NCBI GenBank assembly: GCA_030141605.1
Contig: JAQGDQ010000154.1
Span: 419,501-483,500, forward strand
DNA length: 64,000 bases
From: Tubiluchus corallicola
Taxonomy: Eukaryota > Animalia > Priapulida
Direction of reading: 5' to 3'
Each line of letters opens with the position of its first letter. Positions within the stretch are counted from its first letter, which is position 1. The position numbers were made by a program, and so were the translations under genes. This document shows positions 42,200 through 55,157 of the stretch, piece by piece. Below the pieces are notes generated by a model. That model saw only the letters and a list, made by a program, of their open reading frames with translations. It was not told the origin of the DNA and searched no databases.

Positions 42200-43054
42200 C
42201 GACACTTCAAACTAGCAAGTTTTCTCTTCAAGTAACTCGCAAGCCAAGTAACTCGCAAGCATGTTCAGGCTAGAGAGCAAAAACTTCTTGCTAGTTACTC
42301 GCTGACAGTAAGCACGAGCTGACACTCATTTCTCTATTCACTGCGAGAAGTGTTGAGAGTAACTTGCCGAAGCGTTCACACTAGACAGTAACTGAGAGAA
42401 AGCACGAGTTGACACTCATTTCTGTATTCACTGCGAGGAGTGTTGAGAGTAACTTGCCGAAGCGTTCACACTAGACAGTAACTGATAGAAAGCACGAGTT
42501 GACACTCATTTCTCTATTCACTGCGAGGAGTGTTGAGAGTAACTTGCCGAAGCGTTCACACTAGACAGTAACTGACAGTAAGTACGAGCTGACACTCATT
42601 TCTCTATTCACTGCGAGAAGTGTTGAGAGTAACTTGCCGAGGCGTTCACACTAGACAGTAACTGACAGTAAGTACGAGCTGACACTCATTTCTCTATTCA
42701 CTGCGAGAAGTGCTGAGAGTAACTTGCCGAGGCGTTCACACTAGACAGTAACTGACAGTAAGTACGAGCTGACACTCATTTCTCTATTCACTGCGAGCAG
42801 TGTTGAGAGTAACTTGCCGAAGCGTTCACACTAGACAGTAACTGACAGTAAGTACGAGCTGACACTCATTTCTCTATTCACTGCGAGCAGTGTTGAGAGT
42901 AACTTGCCGAAGCGTTCCCGCTAGACAGTAGTAACTCGCAGCAAATCAACTTGCAGCAACTGTCGGAGAGTTTACAATAACTTTACAAAAACCGAAAAAC
43001 AGTTCACACTTGTGAGAAACTCGTGACGGAAGACTCGCTAGTCTGAACGCATAG
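42200..43054. mobile_element. Harbinger-like MITE, inverted copy with an internal 7 x 90-bp tandem array (42301-42930)
   Basis: Ends match the reverse complement of 30398-30722. Units start every 90 bp at 42301, 42391, 42481, 42571, 42661, 42751 and 42841. Confidence 0.85.
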
Positions 43055-43734
43055 TAAGTTTAACGTGTATTCGTCATTCATTGTTCACGATCGAAAAACA
43101 AGCAACAGTTTGAATTTTAATTGTCATTTTTAAATTAACTATTTCACACCGTTAAAAACGAACCAAAATCTATTTCGTGATTTTAATAAATGTACAGAAA
43201 AATGTTGATTCATAGTAGCCACGAGATTGGCAAAATAACTAAGCAGGCGTTTTTAATTCGGCAATTCAGCAGCTAAAAACATATATAGGCCTAAGTAAGA
43301 AACTAATGAGTTGTATTTAGGAGAAGGATTATGAATTCAGCAGCTTAGACTTTGCTTTTAATGATGAAGGGGGAACTAATATAAATACTAATATATTGTT
43401 TATATTAGTATATGCATCACCATTTCGCATATATTCACATTTTAATTTACATTTATGTAATACTGAACAACAATCGACTAAAACTCGTTGTTTCATAAAC
43501 AAACAACAACATTCCTAAGTGTGTTTATGAGTAGACACAATTTACAAGTACTTTCACTCCCGTCACAGGTACGTTTTTTTCTCGTACAATCAACCAGATC
43601 TTGTGGAAACCACGTCAGACAGCAAGCTTTCTTGCTCGAGAGCCTAGCCAAGTCAAGACCGTTAACATTGATATTTAATGCATTTCTTGATACTAAATGT
43701 AAATGATTGTGCTAACCGGTTTCGGTGATGGTAG

Positions 43735-44057
43735 TAGTCATGATGATGATGACGATGATGATGATGATGACGTCGACGACGACGACGACGATGATGATGA
43801 TGACGATGATGATGATGACGTCGACGACGACGACGACGATGATGATGATGACGACGATGATGATGATGATGACGTCGACGACGACGACGACGATGATGAT
43901 GATGACGATGATGATGATGATCACGATGATGATGACGAATGAGGATGATAACACGACGATAATGACAGTGATGGTGATAGTGATGATGATGATGATGGCT
44001 ATCATGATCATGAATGAGGATGATAACACGACGATAATGACAGTGATGGTGATGACG
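43735..44057. repeat. (GAT)n/(GAC)n microsatellite with higher-order repeats
   Basis: A ~50-bp block containing GACGTCGAC occurs three times, and GAATGAGGATGATAACACGACGATAATGACAGTGATGGTGAT occurs twice. Confidence 0.96.
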
Positions 44058-44724
44058 TTGGCGCCCCTATGTTGTTACTGATGACGGCAGCTGTTGTAGT
44101 GTGCAGTTAAATATTATTAAACGGCTTATAGCTTTCTCACTATCTTAGTAATTACTTAAGTAACTGAATGTCACTAACATCTTTTACAGTGATATAAGAA
44201 TGGAGGTTTAAATAATTACAGCGTGATAAGCTGGTACATTACCGAGTTAATTTTTAAAACCCGGGTTTTTAATTAACGCCTAACTAACAATTGGTGAGAA
44301 AGTTATAACACGTCAATGGTGTGATCACGTCAATAACTCTATCCGCGTTTTACCTTTATTGTGGAAATGATAATGAATTATGTGCGCAGAAACCCGGGGC
44401 TGTAAAACACAAATGCGTCGTATTAAGCTGATAACAATCACAACACAGGTACATTAGCGTTATTAGTTCTACTGTGTACAAGATTAACACAGGATTTCAA
44501 TAAACAAACGCAAAACACCAGCTATAATAAGACTGCGGCTAAATTAAATTGATCATAGTACTCGTTTGTATGTTTAGCTATATAAGCTCATGAAGGTGTT
44601 ATTTTATACAATTCGGTGGTTTACAAGCCTGAAACCGTAATTCAGTATTCAACGTCAGGGCCTGTCTCATTTCTATGTAGTTTGTGATCGAATTAAGCAA
44701 GTAAATAAATTAATCAATATCCTT

Positions 44725-44990
44725 CAATAAATGAAGGATTAAATGAACGAACGAATGAAGGCATAAATGAATGAACAAATGAACGAATGAATGAATGAAC
44801 GAATGAAAGAAAGAAAGAAAGAAAGAAAGAATGAATATTTGAACGAATTAATGAAAAATGGATGAATAAATGAATAAATAAACGAATGAAAGAATGAATG
44901 AATTAATGATGAATGAATGAATGAACGAATGAAAGAATAAATGAGTGAATGAATTAATTAATGAATGAATTTATAAATAAATAAATAAAA
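44725..44990. repeat. Degenerate (GAAT)n/(GAAA)n/(AAAT)n microsatellite
   Basis: Directly visible. Confidence 0.92.
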
Positions 44991-46043
44991 CAACTTTATT
45001 CCTTTTTTTATTTTCCGAACTCAGCTGTTTTCAGGTTTATTTTATATAACCTATTATGCACAAGTTCAGCACTAGCTCTTGGCTTTTACTATATTATTTG
45101 GTAGATGCATGACTGTATATTCTTCTGATACACATTTGTAGTAAACAAAAAAATAAAATTCTAGCTCACAATTTGTTATTTTTCTGTCACATCTAATTTT
45201 TGCATGCGTCGTCTAAATTCACACATAAATTTCTTCTACTGATACATCTACTATGATAGGCCTACTATGATAAGAACAAAGTTAATTGCCTTAAAAGCTA
45301 CGTAATATAAGGCCTTATAGTATACAGTACAGTATAAGCCTTGCATTTACGCCATCAACTACAGATTTGCCTGTAATTTGTAATTAAAGCTTAGCAGTTG
45401 TATGTTTGTTATTCCATAGAAAGCGCGATAGTTATTTTTCTAGTGAAGAAAACTGTAAAAACGTAAAATTATAGTGTTTTTTTATTAATTTCAATAGTGC
45501 AGAAATTAAGCATATAATTAATATAATGTAATGCTATCGTAAATGTGTTAGTATATCCATAAATTTTATTTATTTAATTTCTTTATTTATTTCCTCGGTT
45601 TTTAGTATAAATTATAGTTATGTGTTTTAGTCAGATCCCATCATGTACAAGAGCTGATTGAAATTGCTTGAAAGTGTTCCTTTTATAAGAATTTCAATTT
45701 TTTCCACTTTTTTGCGTTATCTTGTATATACCGAATTGCAGCTTAAAGTGAAAATGCATTGCATGTATTGTAACTGTACTATTCAGGCTTTGAAGTGAAC
45801 TATCTACTTGTATATAATTTGAGAGCAGTAGTATGATCAGTGATATTTCTGAATGTTATTAAGATAAATCTGGCAGATACAAACACATTAGTAATTTTGT
45901 ATATCTATGTATAATTTAGTACTATATGTAAATTGATTCTTTGTAGAAGGCAACGATTTTGGCTTAACCATCGTTACTGTAACCTTGCTTTTACTTTCGT
46001 ATAAATTTCTGTACGATAACTTCTGGTTTTTGCAATATATATA

Positions 46044-46046
<3 letters not shown>

Positions 46047-46113
<67 letters not shown>

Positions 46114-46127
46114 TGTGTGTGTGTGTA
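46047..46127. repeat. (GT)n/(GTGC)n microsatellite
   Basis: Directly visible. Confidence 0.96.
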
Positions 46128-47383
46128 TAAAGATATATTTATATAATATCAAGTTAAGATATTAAAATTATAAGTACATACAAAAAACAATACTAATTAA
46201 CAATGAAAAAGAGACATATTGAAATTAAATTGATGTTGATTTGAAACCATGAATGAAGACAAACAACGCCAGTTCTAAACAATAATAAGTGGTTGACGGA
46301 ACGCTACAATGCTCTTATAGCAGCACAAGAAAATTACTTGAGGTTGTGGAATGATAATAATAGGAACGGACTAAGGGGTTATAGAGTTACACAAGCGGCA
46401 AATTTACATGATACAGCTCATCGGAATCTGTCAGTTCTCGTTTTGGCAGCGAATTGCAGACGTTAACAAGGCGATGATGAATCAATTAGCGAAATTCAGC
46501 AGCATATCGCCGTTGAATGGCTGCCTCTGTGGACCGAGTAGACACACTCAATGACGATGGATTTGTAGCAAAGATTGCCATCTAGTGCAGGGAAAGTGTC
46601 TTATTTCCCGCACAATAATTGAGCTTAGTACACTAAGCCTGTTCGTTTACTGTAATCAAAAATGTATCAAATTTGTTGACTCACCCCGAGATTTGTGCTC
46701 TATAGTGTAACTTTCGCTTAGATTAGAAAAACAGAATTTTCAAAGATCACAGTATTCAAATTCAGACTGAACTTTCATGTTTTTCTTTATTAGTCAGTTA
46801 AAATTCGTTTGTAAAATCAGGCCGGCGAATAGACGGTGTATTTATTCTCGCTGAACGTAACTTAGTTCTGTTTGTTAGAGTAATGCGCGAGTTATTTAGA
46901 TTTTTTCGAGAGCGTGAAAGGTGCGATACGTTTATAATTCATTTTAACGTTAAGGTGTAGCTTTAAAAACTATTACCAAACACATTACCATAATTTAACT
47001 TAATAAGCGCAATATTCAACAATTTAATTTAATGCGTAAGAGATTACACTATTAATTGTTGCTTGTTAAATAATTAGGCTATATTTCAAACACTTTTGTT
47101 GCAGAACTGTGTGATGTTAGAGTTTGAATAAAAAATTGAAACGAAATTGGCTTCACGCGGGAAAATATGAAAAAACGAAGCTATTGTCTACACTAACGGC
47201 CATTGGGTGATAACTGATGATAATATCTTAATATCTTATATCTTTGATAAGTTAATATTTTAGATCATCAAAAATAAAATCCTTTCTAATCAAATTTAAT
47301 TGAAATAACTTATCAGTCTTTCCTGCACTTCCAAATCTAAAATAACTGCTACTTTATCGGACATTTTTTTTAAATTAATGTTG

Positions 47384-47386
<3 letters not shown>

Positions 47387-47452
<66 letters not shown>

Positions 47453-47927
47453 CACATTCAGTACAATATAAAGCACACAGTGACATCAAAATTATTACAT
47501 CTACTATATTAAATTGTTATGTTTTATACTTATCGTTATCATAAAAGAATAATTGTACTGCAGTGGGCTAGAGAAGCAAAGGCTTGTATAAGCCCACTGT
47601 CATGTGAACCTGATAAAAAATGGATGAGTGAACAAAAAAGAACTGGGAGAAAGGTTAGATCACACAGGAAGGGTAGAAAGATGTGTTAGTGGAAATGGTA
47701 GGAAGAAAGATAATAGATTGCGCTATGTTGACATTAGCTCTAAAGATTTATCAATGATGCCTTATTTTGCATAATCTGTACCAGGATTGTGGTATGACTG
47801 ATGCAGTAGGTGTGGGAAATTAGGAAGTGTTGTACTTGTTGAGAATCATTGCTCTGTATTTCTTTTTAAATTTTTGAATTGGCTGAACAGTTTTTAATTC
47901 ATCATTTATGTCATTCCAAAGTCTAAA
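47387..47927 (-). mobile_element. 5'-truncated CR1/L2-type LINE 3' end with (TAA)n tail
   Basis: Minus-strand translation RLWNDINDELKTVQPIQKFKKKYRAMILNKY* matches the LWNxLP...FKxxLK ORF2 C-terminal pattern. 3' UTR stem CAGTGGGCT/AGCCCACTG. The (ATT)n run at 47387-47452 is its tail. Confidence 0.7.
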
Positions 47928-49623
47928 TAGTCATCCATTGATAATTTACTAATTATCTGTAGACATGTCAATAACCTAATTTTAAATTGCAAGATTATAA
48001 TGATGGGAAAACAGGAGGATCTACAATTATCATTAAATGTTTGAAACCAAAATAAACAAGTGAACTAAAGCTGCATTTGATCGTGAATATAAGATTTGCC
48101 GTTTTTTAATTGCTTAAACCAACTATTAATAACCCCGCAGCGACATCACGCCACATTCTGTCTACACTAATGTAAACTACGTGTAAATGCGCACATGTAA
48201 CCACTATAATACACCCACCCTGTGAGCGTTAATTCCAATTAGGTGTTGTACTAAATGGTGTTGACTTTAAATTGTATGCATTGATTATCCCTATAATCAG
48301 TCCCCGATAGGGTCTTTCTTGCATGAGTTGCGCCAAATGGTCGCTGATTAAGTGCCATTATGTCCAATTTAATATGGATCACCTGCATAGACTTCCAAAT
48401 TCGCCACTAGGGGGATAAGCTCCGGTGTGTAACCGTTGATTCTCGATTCCTCCCGTCGTATGATTCAGTGGAATAACGCTGTCTTAAATATGGTATAGAA
48501 AAACACTATTATTGCCATACATAAACTGAATACTTTTGTATCTTTAATTTCGGGTGATGTCATAAAATTTATAGATCTCGTAGGTCTAGATGATTTTTCA
48601 GTGACCTTTAATTGGGTCGTTTTGAGAAAATTTCGACTTGCATAATAGATTTATTTTATCCGTAGATAATTAGACTATAGAATTTTGTGTGTAAAGCAAA
48701 ACTATTAATTAACTATTCATTTTGTTCAGTTTTGATGATGTAAACATCTATACCTCATTTACTAAATGAGAACTTGGTCATGAGAACGCTCTAGAATAGC
48801 AAATCAATCCAGAAAATAGCCACCCTGGAATATCTGGAAACTGCGTCTTATTTTACAGCAGTTGAGCAGATCTAATAGATCTCGTCATCTGCTAAACTTA
48901 AACGTATGCAGTTCGTGTCACCCTGTTGATGGTACTGGAATTAATGGAATGCAATACCAGCTGAGAGCTTCATAACTTATTTGAACACTTTTCTTCTACC
49001 GACAGGAACTGGTATATAAACTGTTGCTGTAGAATTTTGGACTGGCTGCCATTTTTGGGTTTTGTCAATGTATTAAACTGTTAAATCGGTGAAGACAAAA
49101 TAAAATATCTTAGACCTGAATAAGACTCCTGTGGATGTATGAATGGCGATAACGTTGTGTGATTATTTTTAATTACTGAATAATTCAATAAAATGAATGA
49201 CAGTGTCGTTAGTTTTTTTTATCTTCCTGTTGACTGTTTGAATCATTTGGTCCGTTTTGACAACCGTTGTAGGCCTACAGATACTCAAGCAAGTGCAAAA
49301 CGTTGATACATGCATTTAAGAACAGAAAACTGCATAGTGACATTTAATAATCCAAGCTGATTATTGGCTAAGGTAAATGAATGATTAAAAGTTTACGATT
49401 ATGCTTTAAAGAAAAACTTCGACAAACTATAGCGTTAGGTTATATGGCTACGACCTTCATCCTGCATAACTATTGATGATTTAAACATTTCTCTATTCAG
49501 TCTCGATGTCACTACAAAGACTTAACAGCCAACCACATCCCAGAGGTCGCTCTTATTATTATTGTTTAAGATCATACACTTAAGATCTGCGCTAAAAGTT
49601 CTTTAAAACAATTACTTTTTCAG

Positions 49624-49804
49624 GTATGGTTCCAGAATCGGCGAGCGAAATGGCGGAAAACAGAAAAGACGTGGGGACGCAGCACTGTGATGGCAGAATA
49701 CGGTTTATACGGCGCCATGGTGCGACACTCCCTACCTCTACCGGACAGTATCATAAAATCAGCTAAAGATGGCATCGTCAACTCGTGTGCCCCGTGGCTT
49801 TTAG
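49624..49804 (+). CDS. Vsx: Vsx exon 4 ([12 protein letters not shown] plus CVC domain [48 protein letters not shown])
   Basis: Acceptor ctttttcag| and donor TTAG|GTAAAA. Contains helix 3 with Q50 and the diagnostic CVC motif [18 protein letters not shown]. Confidence 0.98.
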
Positions 49805-50894
49805 GTAAAAATACATGTTGATACAAACAATGCCTTGATGTTCTATTATAGATTCTCTTCGCTTATAGTAGATAATGCTGGCACAGAACTTATCTCTTTC
49901 ATGCATGTATTTTGTGTGCGTATTAGAAGCTTTCTCCACTGACTAAACTAGTTTTTCAAATTTGCTTGGGAACGAAAACCAATCAAGGTACCTTTCCAGC
50001 ACAACGCCAACTTAACCTTCGGAAGAAACCTACTAGCAATGAAAATTTTGTGCTTATGGTAAAACAGACGCTGAAAAATTTGATGCAAATGTTTGTTCAT
50101 ATTTTTGTCTTTGGCTTGACTTTGGAAAGACATTACATGTACTTATAAATAAGCACATGTACAATGTTCATTTATCTTGCCAGTCGACGTTATTAAAAGT
50201 CAACAAAGCAGCGTATAAATATCCTCTGATCGGATTGTTCTTTGTAATGGCTTTTGCGACCTTCTTACCTTAAAAGGTTATAACCACAAAATTGATGTAA
50301 TTCACCGAATTGCGTAATTCCAAAGGCTTTGAAAAGCTTGGCGAAATTCAAAAATAAGTCCATTTAATTTCCAAAGGAATTCTAATAACAATAAGTGGAA
50401 TTATGGCGACTACAAGAGCAGGGCAGCTCCATTGGATGGTTGACTATTGTTTATCGTGTCTTTAAAAAGCTGACCCGTTTATTGTTAAATGACAGCAGAC
50501 TGCCGATACAAAAACTTAAAGTCAGTCCTGTTTTTTTCAGAAGATTAAATTTTGATTCTAATAGTACGATTTTACTCAAATTTCTATGTTTACAGAAAAT
50601 GTTAATCGACTTCCGGCTTAAAATACTTTCTGATATACTATATCTTTTAGCCTATCTTTAAGAGACCTGCTTGCCGGTGGCGTTTGTCATTCCAAATATT
50701 AGTGCTGCAGGCCCACTCTCGGTGGTTGCTGTTAACGTTCACGATATGGCCTACTAGCATTAGTAATGCGCACAATCACCGGTAGATGGTAGCACTCCTT
50801 GCACTAGCAGTCCACACAGTGATCATCTCTCACTGTGTGGCTGATTTACCCTGCATTAACATTTCAGAATCAACAGCTGCGTTTCTTTGTGCAG

Positions 50895-51178
50895 GCATGC
50901 ACAAGAAGTCCATTGAAGCCGCAGACGTCCTGGACCAAGATGTCAGCGACGAAGAGTGCATGGAGATGGAGCAGCAGCCCAAAGAGAAGGGACCAAACGT
51001 CGAAGGTCCGCCGAGAGACAAGGAAGAGATGCGATCGAATAGTATCGCCATCTTGCGGCAAAAAGCGCAGGAACACAGCGCAAAGCTCAGCGCTGAGGTG
51101 CACGATGGAAGAAGGGTGGAAAACGGTGTTGGTAGTGACATCAGCAGTGACTGTTGCTCGCCAGGTGGTAACGAATAG
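50895..51178 (+). CDS. Vsx: Vsx exon 5 (end of CVC GMHKKSIEAA; OAR motif RSNSIAILRQKAQEH; stop)
   Basis: Acceptor tttctttgtgcag|, phase 1, restores WLLGMHKKS. OAR-like SIAxLRxKAxEH. TAG at 51176-51178. Confidence 0.96.
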
Positions 51179-53945
51179 TGATCATAGCAATGACGGTTGC
51201 TTACCAAAAAATGTTGGCGATCTGACGTCATAAGTAAAGCGTTCAGTTTCGTGCACAAGAAACATAAAGCTGACTAAAAGAAAGTATTGCAATCCGATTA
51301 AGAAACATGTCGAAATCAATGTAAACAATAGAACGCGTAAAAAAACAAGCAAATTGGTGAAATTCGTCTTGTTTCTCAAAAATTATTTTAAAGCCATCTA
51401 TTAGCTAAAAAAAAATCAGGACAAAAATCGTGTAAAGGTGAATTGTTTAAACGTATTATTGTTTTATCCATGGCATCTGTATAAAGAAAAAGGGGGAATC
51501 ATCATACATTAATCTAATTATATCAAACATGACAGAAGTGCCCTTGTTCTAATAAGATGTGAATATAGTTTTGCTAAAACTATACGGAAAAAATAGCTAG
51601 GAAATAATACTTAAAAATGGATTTACAACGAGGTATGGGTCGTCGATCTCTTCTATTTTAACCCAAATCCTACACAACTGGTGTCAGTAATGAGGTCTGA
51701 CTTAACCAATCAATATAAATGTTTCTTATTTAGGATTATCCAAAGCGAAGGTATAATTTATTTAAGAGTACATGCAACGTTGTGATAATGCTAAACCAAA
51801 TATCTTGTGTAAAATCAAAATTCGTCATGAGAGTCTACCTGACGTATGTACTTAACTTAGTACTTCTGACTGTTTTGGGGCGTAGGCCTAATATTTGTTT
51901 GCACAGAAATATAATACAATTACTGTAGTTTAACTATTTTTGTCTATACAATTGTTGTAAAAACTGAACTCATAAATAGTCACAGTATGGCATTAACTGA
52001 AAACGACAATCGTAATGTCATTTGTAAATAAAAATTTCTGTTATATTGTATATAGGGCCCTGATATGTTATTATCAGTGAGTTATATTGCAAGTGTAAAT
52101 AATTACGATTAGTAGTTATGAAATGGAAGTTTAAAATTTTAGAATGCAAGAATGCGCCTGAATTCCTGTTCTAGCACAGATCACATTACATTAGTCTTGA
52201 TATATGACATTGATATAAACGTTCAACTGTTTAAGATATTTCTGAAATCCTTTTACAGTTATGAAACACAAACTGGTAGGTTGAATCTGGTAATATCCGT
52301 GTATATGTGCATGCTGAATATGAATGTGAACACAGCTTTAGACTATTCTGATGACAGTGACATGTGAATAATACTACAGTATTATTCTTAGAATGATGTA
52401 ATTATTATGATTCAGAGCCATCATACACGGTGTAAACTAAAAAAAGATGTTAGGTGCTGTCACGGGTATGAATTGCTTGAAAAAGTAAGCCTCCTTTATG
52501 TTAGAATTTCCCGTAATGTATGTACTAAGAAAAATACATACAGTTTAAACAATGCATAAGCACTGCATGGCACATGCGTTTAACTAAAATCAACTTGGTT
52601 AATTTAAATCACAACATTTTAGGAATTATGCATAAAATTTTAGGACTTTTTGAATATTTGCTAATTTGTTTATACCAGAGACACTAAATCGCACTGCAGG
52701 TAGCAGATATTGTTTTCCACATAGCAGGTTTCTAATACACGCAACTCATCCTTGTAAAAAGTGCAATTAATATTCAAAAAGTAATGGCTTGGGCCTAAAT
52801 TAATTTCCCAGTACTCGCTGCACGATCATGCAGTATTCCACATGAATTGGCAGAAGTTAGACAAAGACTATTGCTGCTGCCCCTAAAGATGTCTAAGTGT
52901 ATAGAATGATACAACAAAAGAATAATACGACGAAAGAGAAAAGTGCAACAGTTTAGATTCAGACATACACCACATCATTTCATTAGTCAGATTTTAAGTC
53001 TTGATGCTTATTATCATACAAACTATATAAGTTTGTTTCTTATTTCCCTCTTGCTGTTATACACCACAAATTGTTGTGTTAGATTTTTTCCTCCTTGTAA
53101 CACTGCACACCACAAACTGTTTCAGCTTCTCGTCTCTATTTGCTTACCACACGACAAACTGTTTCAGCCTTGGTCTCTATGAATAAGCTTACCACTCTAC
53201 TAACAAATAAGCTTTTCCATAGTTTTGTTGCGCGTACGCGAAGTTGCTGTAGGTCAAAGGTTACGTGTAGCCCAACAACGCGTCTTGACTACCCCGTCAC
53301 GTGATGTGTGTAAAACAAAGCCGTCTGCGGCGGCAGTTTAGTAACTTTGGTAGTTTTTCATAGACTTTACTTAATTATGCATTAATCTGTGCAAAGAGCG
53401 ATTTTAATAGTAAGATCCTACTTGGGAAAATTTTTCGGTTTTATGCTATTTGAATTATGTGGATATTTTTGTACTGTTTAACTCTCCATACATCATTAAA
53501 TAGAAAATTAATAGTGGCTAACGTGTAGTATATTAATTGCTCTTTTTTTCATTGACTCGAGGGAAAACAATGCGTTCTTCATCTTTTTTTGAGTTCTTCA
53601 TCGAGGGACTTTTTTACTTCAACAAATAACTGCAAGTTGCGCCACCTACAGGCTCAATCTTTAAAAGCTTCAGGATTAAATTTTGGCGTATTATTTTAGC
53701 CATGTTATTAGTAACTACACTGTTTTTGTAAATGTTCCCTTTAACGAATGCATTGTACTATATATGTTGCTTTGCACGAAGCAAACTATTTTTGTTGTTC
53801 TTTGTATTAGACTGGAAAATGTTGTATTGAACTAGCTGCGTACAAAAAGTCAAACTTGCTGTGTGTATATAATTATGTTAATTTAATGAGTATTCTTGTT
53901 ATTTAAACGTATGTGAGATAATGAATAAAATGTAAATCAAGTTCA
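51179..53945 (+). other. Probable Vsx 3' UTR region; end uncertain (AATAAA near 52027 and 53924)
   Basis: AT/U-rich sequence after the stop codon with candidate poly(A) signals. Extent is inferred only. Confidence 0.4.
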
Positions 53946-55157
53946 ATATGTCTGTGAAGCATTTCTGAAGGTAAAATAGCTAAGACATGGGTAGTTTATT
54001 CATACAAATCAGTTAGTCATACAAATTATTCACAGCACATGTTTTTTCAATGATCTCTGATAGCCAACTGCTCAGGTAAGTTTTTCTATGAAGCAAGGAA
54101 GCCAGCAATTCTATGAAAGGTAAATGTTATGCATAGTACATAGTTCAAGGATGAAAGTTTAGACTGTATATGAAGAAATAGACTTGTTTTACAGCTGGAA
54201 TTTCTTGTGTGGGATTTTTAACTGTTTTAACCACAGAATGCAATAATATGACATAATGAATAAAAAATAATGACATATGACATAATAATACAAAATAATG
54301 ACATATGACATCGTGAACTTCACGACAATGTCTTTCGTGGTATCTTTCGAAAGGATTGATTTAAAACTAATCATTAATAGTTTTTAATATTTATTTCGTC
54401 ACAGAAAAAATAACTACAGAAGATAACCACTGATGTCACTGAAACATTTACATTTGGGCAATAATTCTACCAAAGGCTTCTTTCGTTCGCATCCCTCTGA
54501 GTTGTAATTTTCATATTGATGGCTTCCTCAATGAGTGTCCAACCCACCGGTATTTTTTAAAGGAAAAACAGTTTTAAAGGAAAAAAGTTTTATAAAGGAA
54601 AAACCAACCCTCGAACAACACGCTCCCTGTTTCAATATACACTTAAAAATATTGTAATTATCACATAACATATGCACTGTAACAGGATGACGCCATTTTT
54701 CGATCAAAATGGGTGTGCTCGCATCTTAATTGATTTTGCTAATTACACGAGGCACTTGTCTTCATTGCTGAAACGTTCTAGCATTTTTCTGAAATATTTA
54801 AATAAGCTCAACTTCCTGAAAGACTCCGTTTTTGCTTTAAGTGTAGTCTTATATGTACATCACGGCCGGAACTTGCATATAAAAAGATTGAGCTCTAAAT
54901 TGCGAAAACATAGGAATTATGAAACGTATTGGACTGAATTCGACTCAGGGGGTCGAACTCCGAGATGGCGGTCTTGATATTGCGCATCATGAAGATCCAT
55001 TTTACTATCGTTGTGTAACTGATTACTTAACTACAAATGTTAATTTTAATTACAAATGTTATGCTAACTAACTAAGTTAATGTCTGTAAACTAGTACCTT
55101 ATACCTGTTATAGCATGTCGTTTAACTCTCATAAAATAAAATACACAAAAACTACAC

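Noticed and set aside
42301-42930. CRISPR-like appearance of the regularly spaced 90-bp repeats
   Set aside because: The units are head-to-tail with no unique spacers, lie inside a MITE in a eukaryotic intron, and have no cas genes nearby.
50830-51258. Antisense and alternate-frame ORFs over Vsx exon 5
   Set aside because: They are shadows of a GC3-rich coding exon and contain no recognisable domains.
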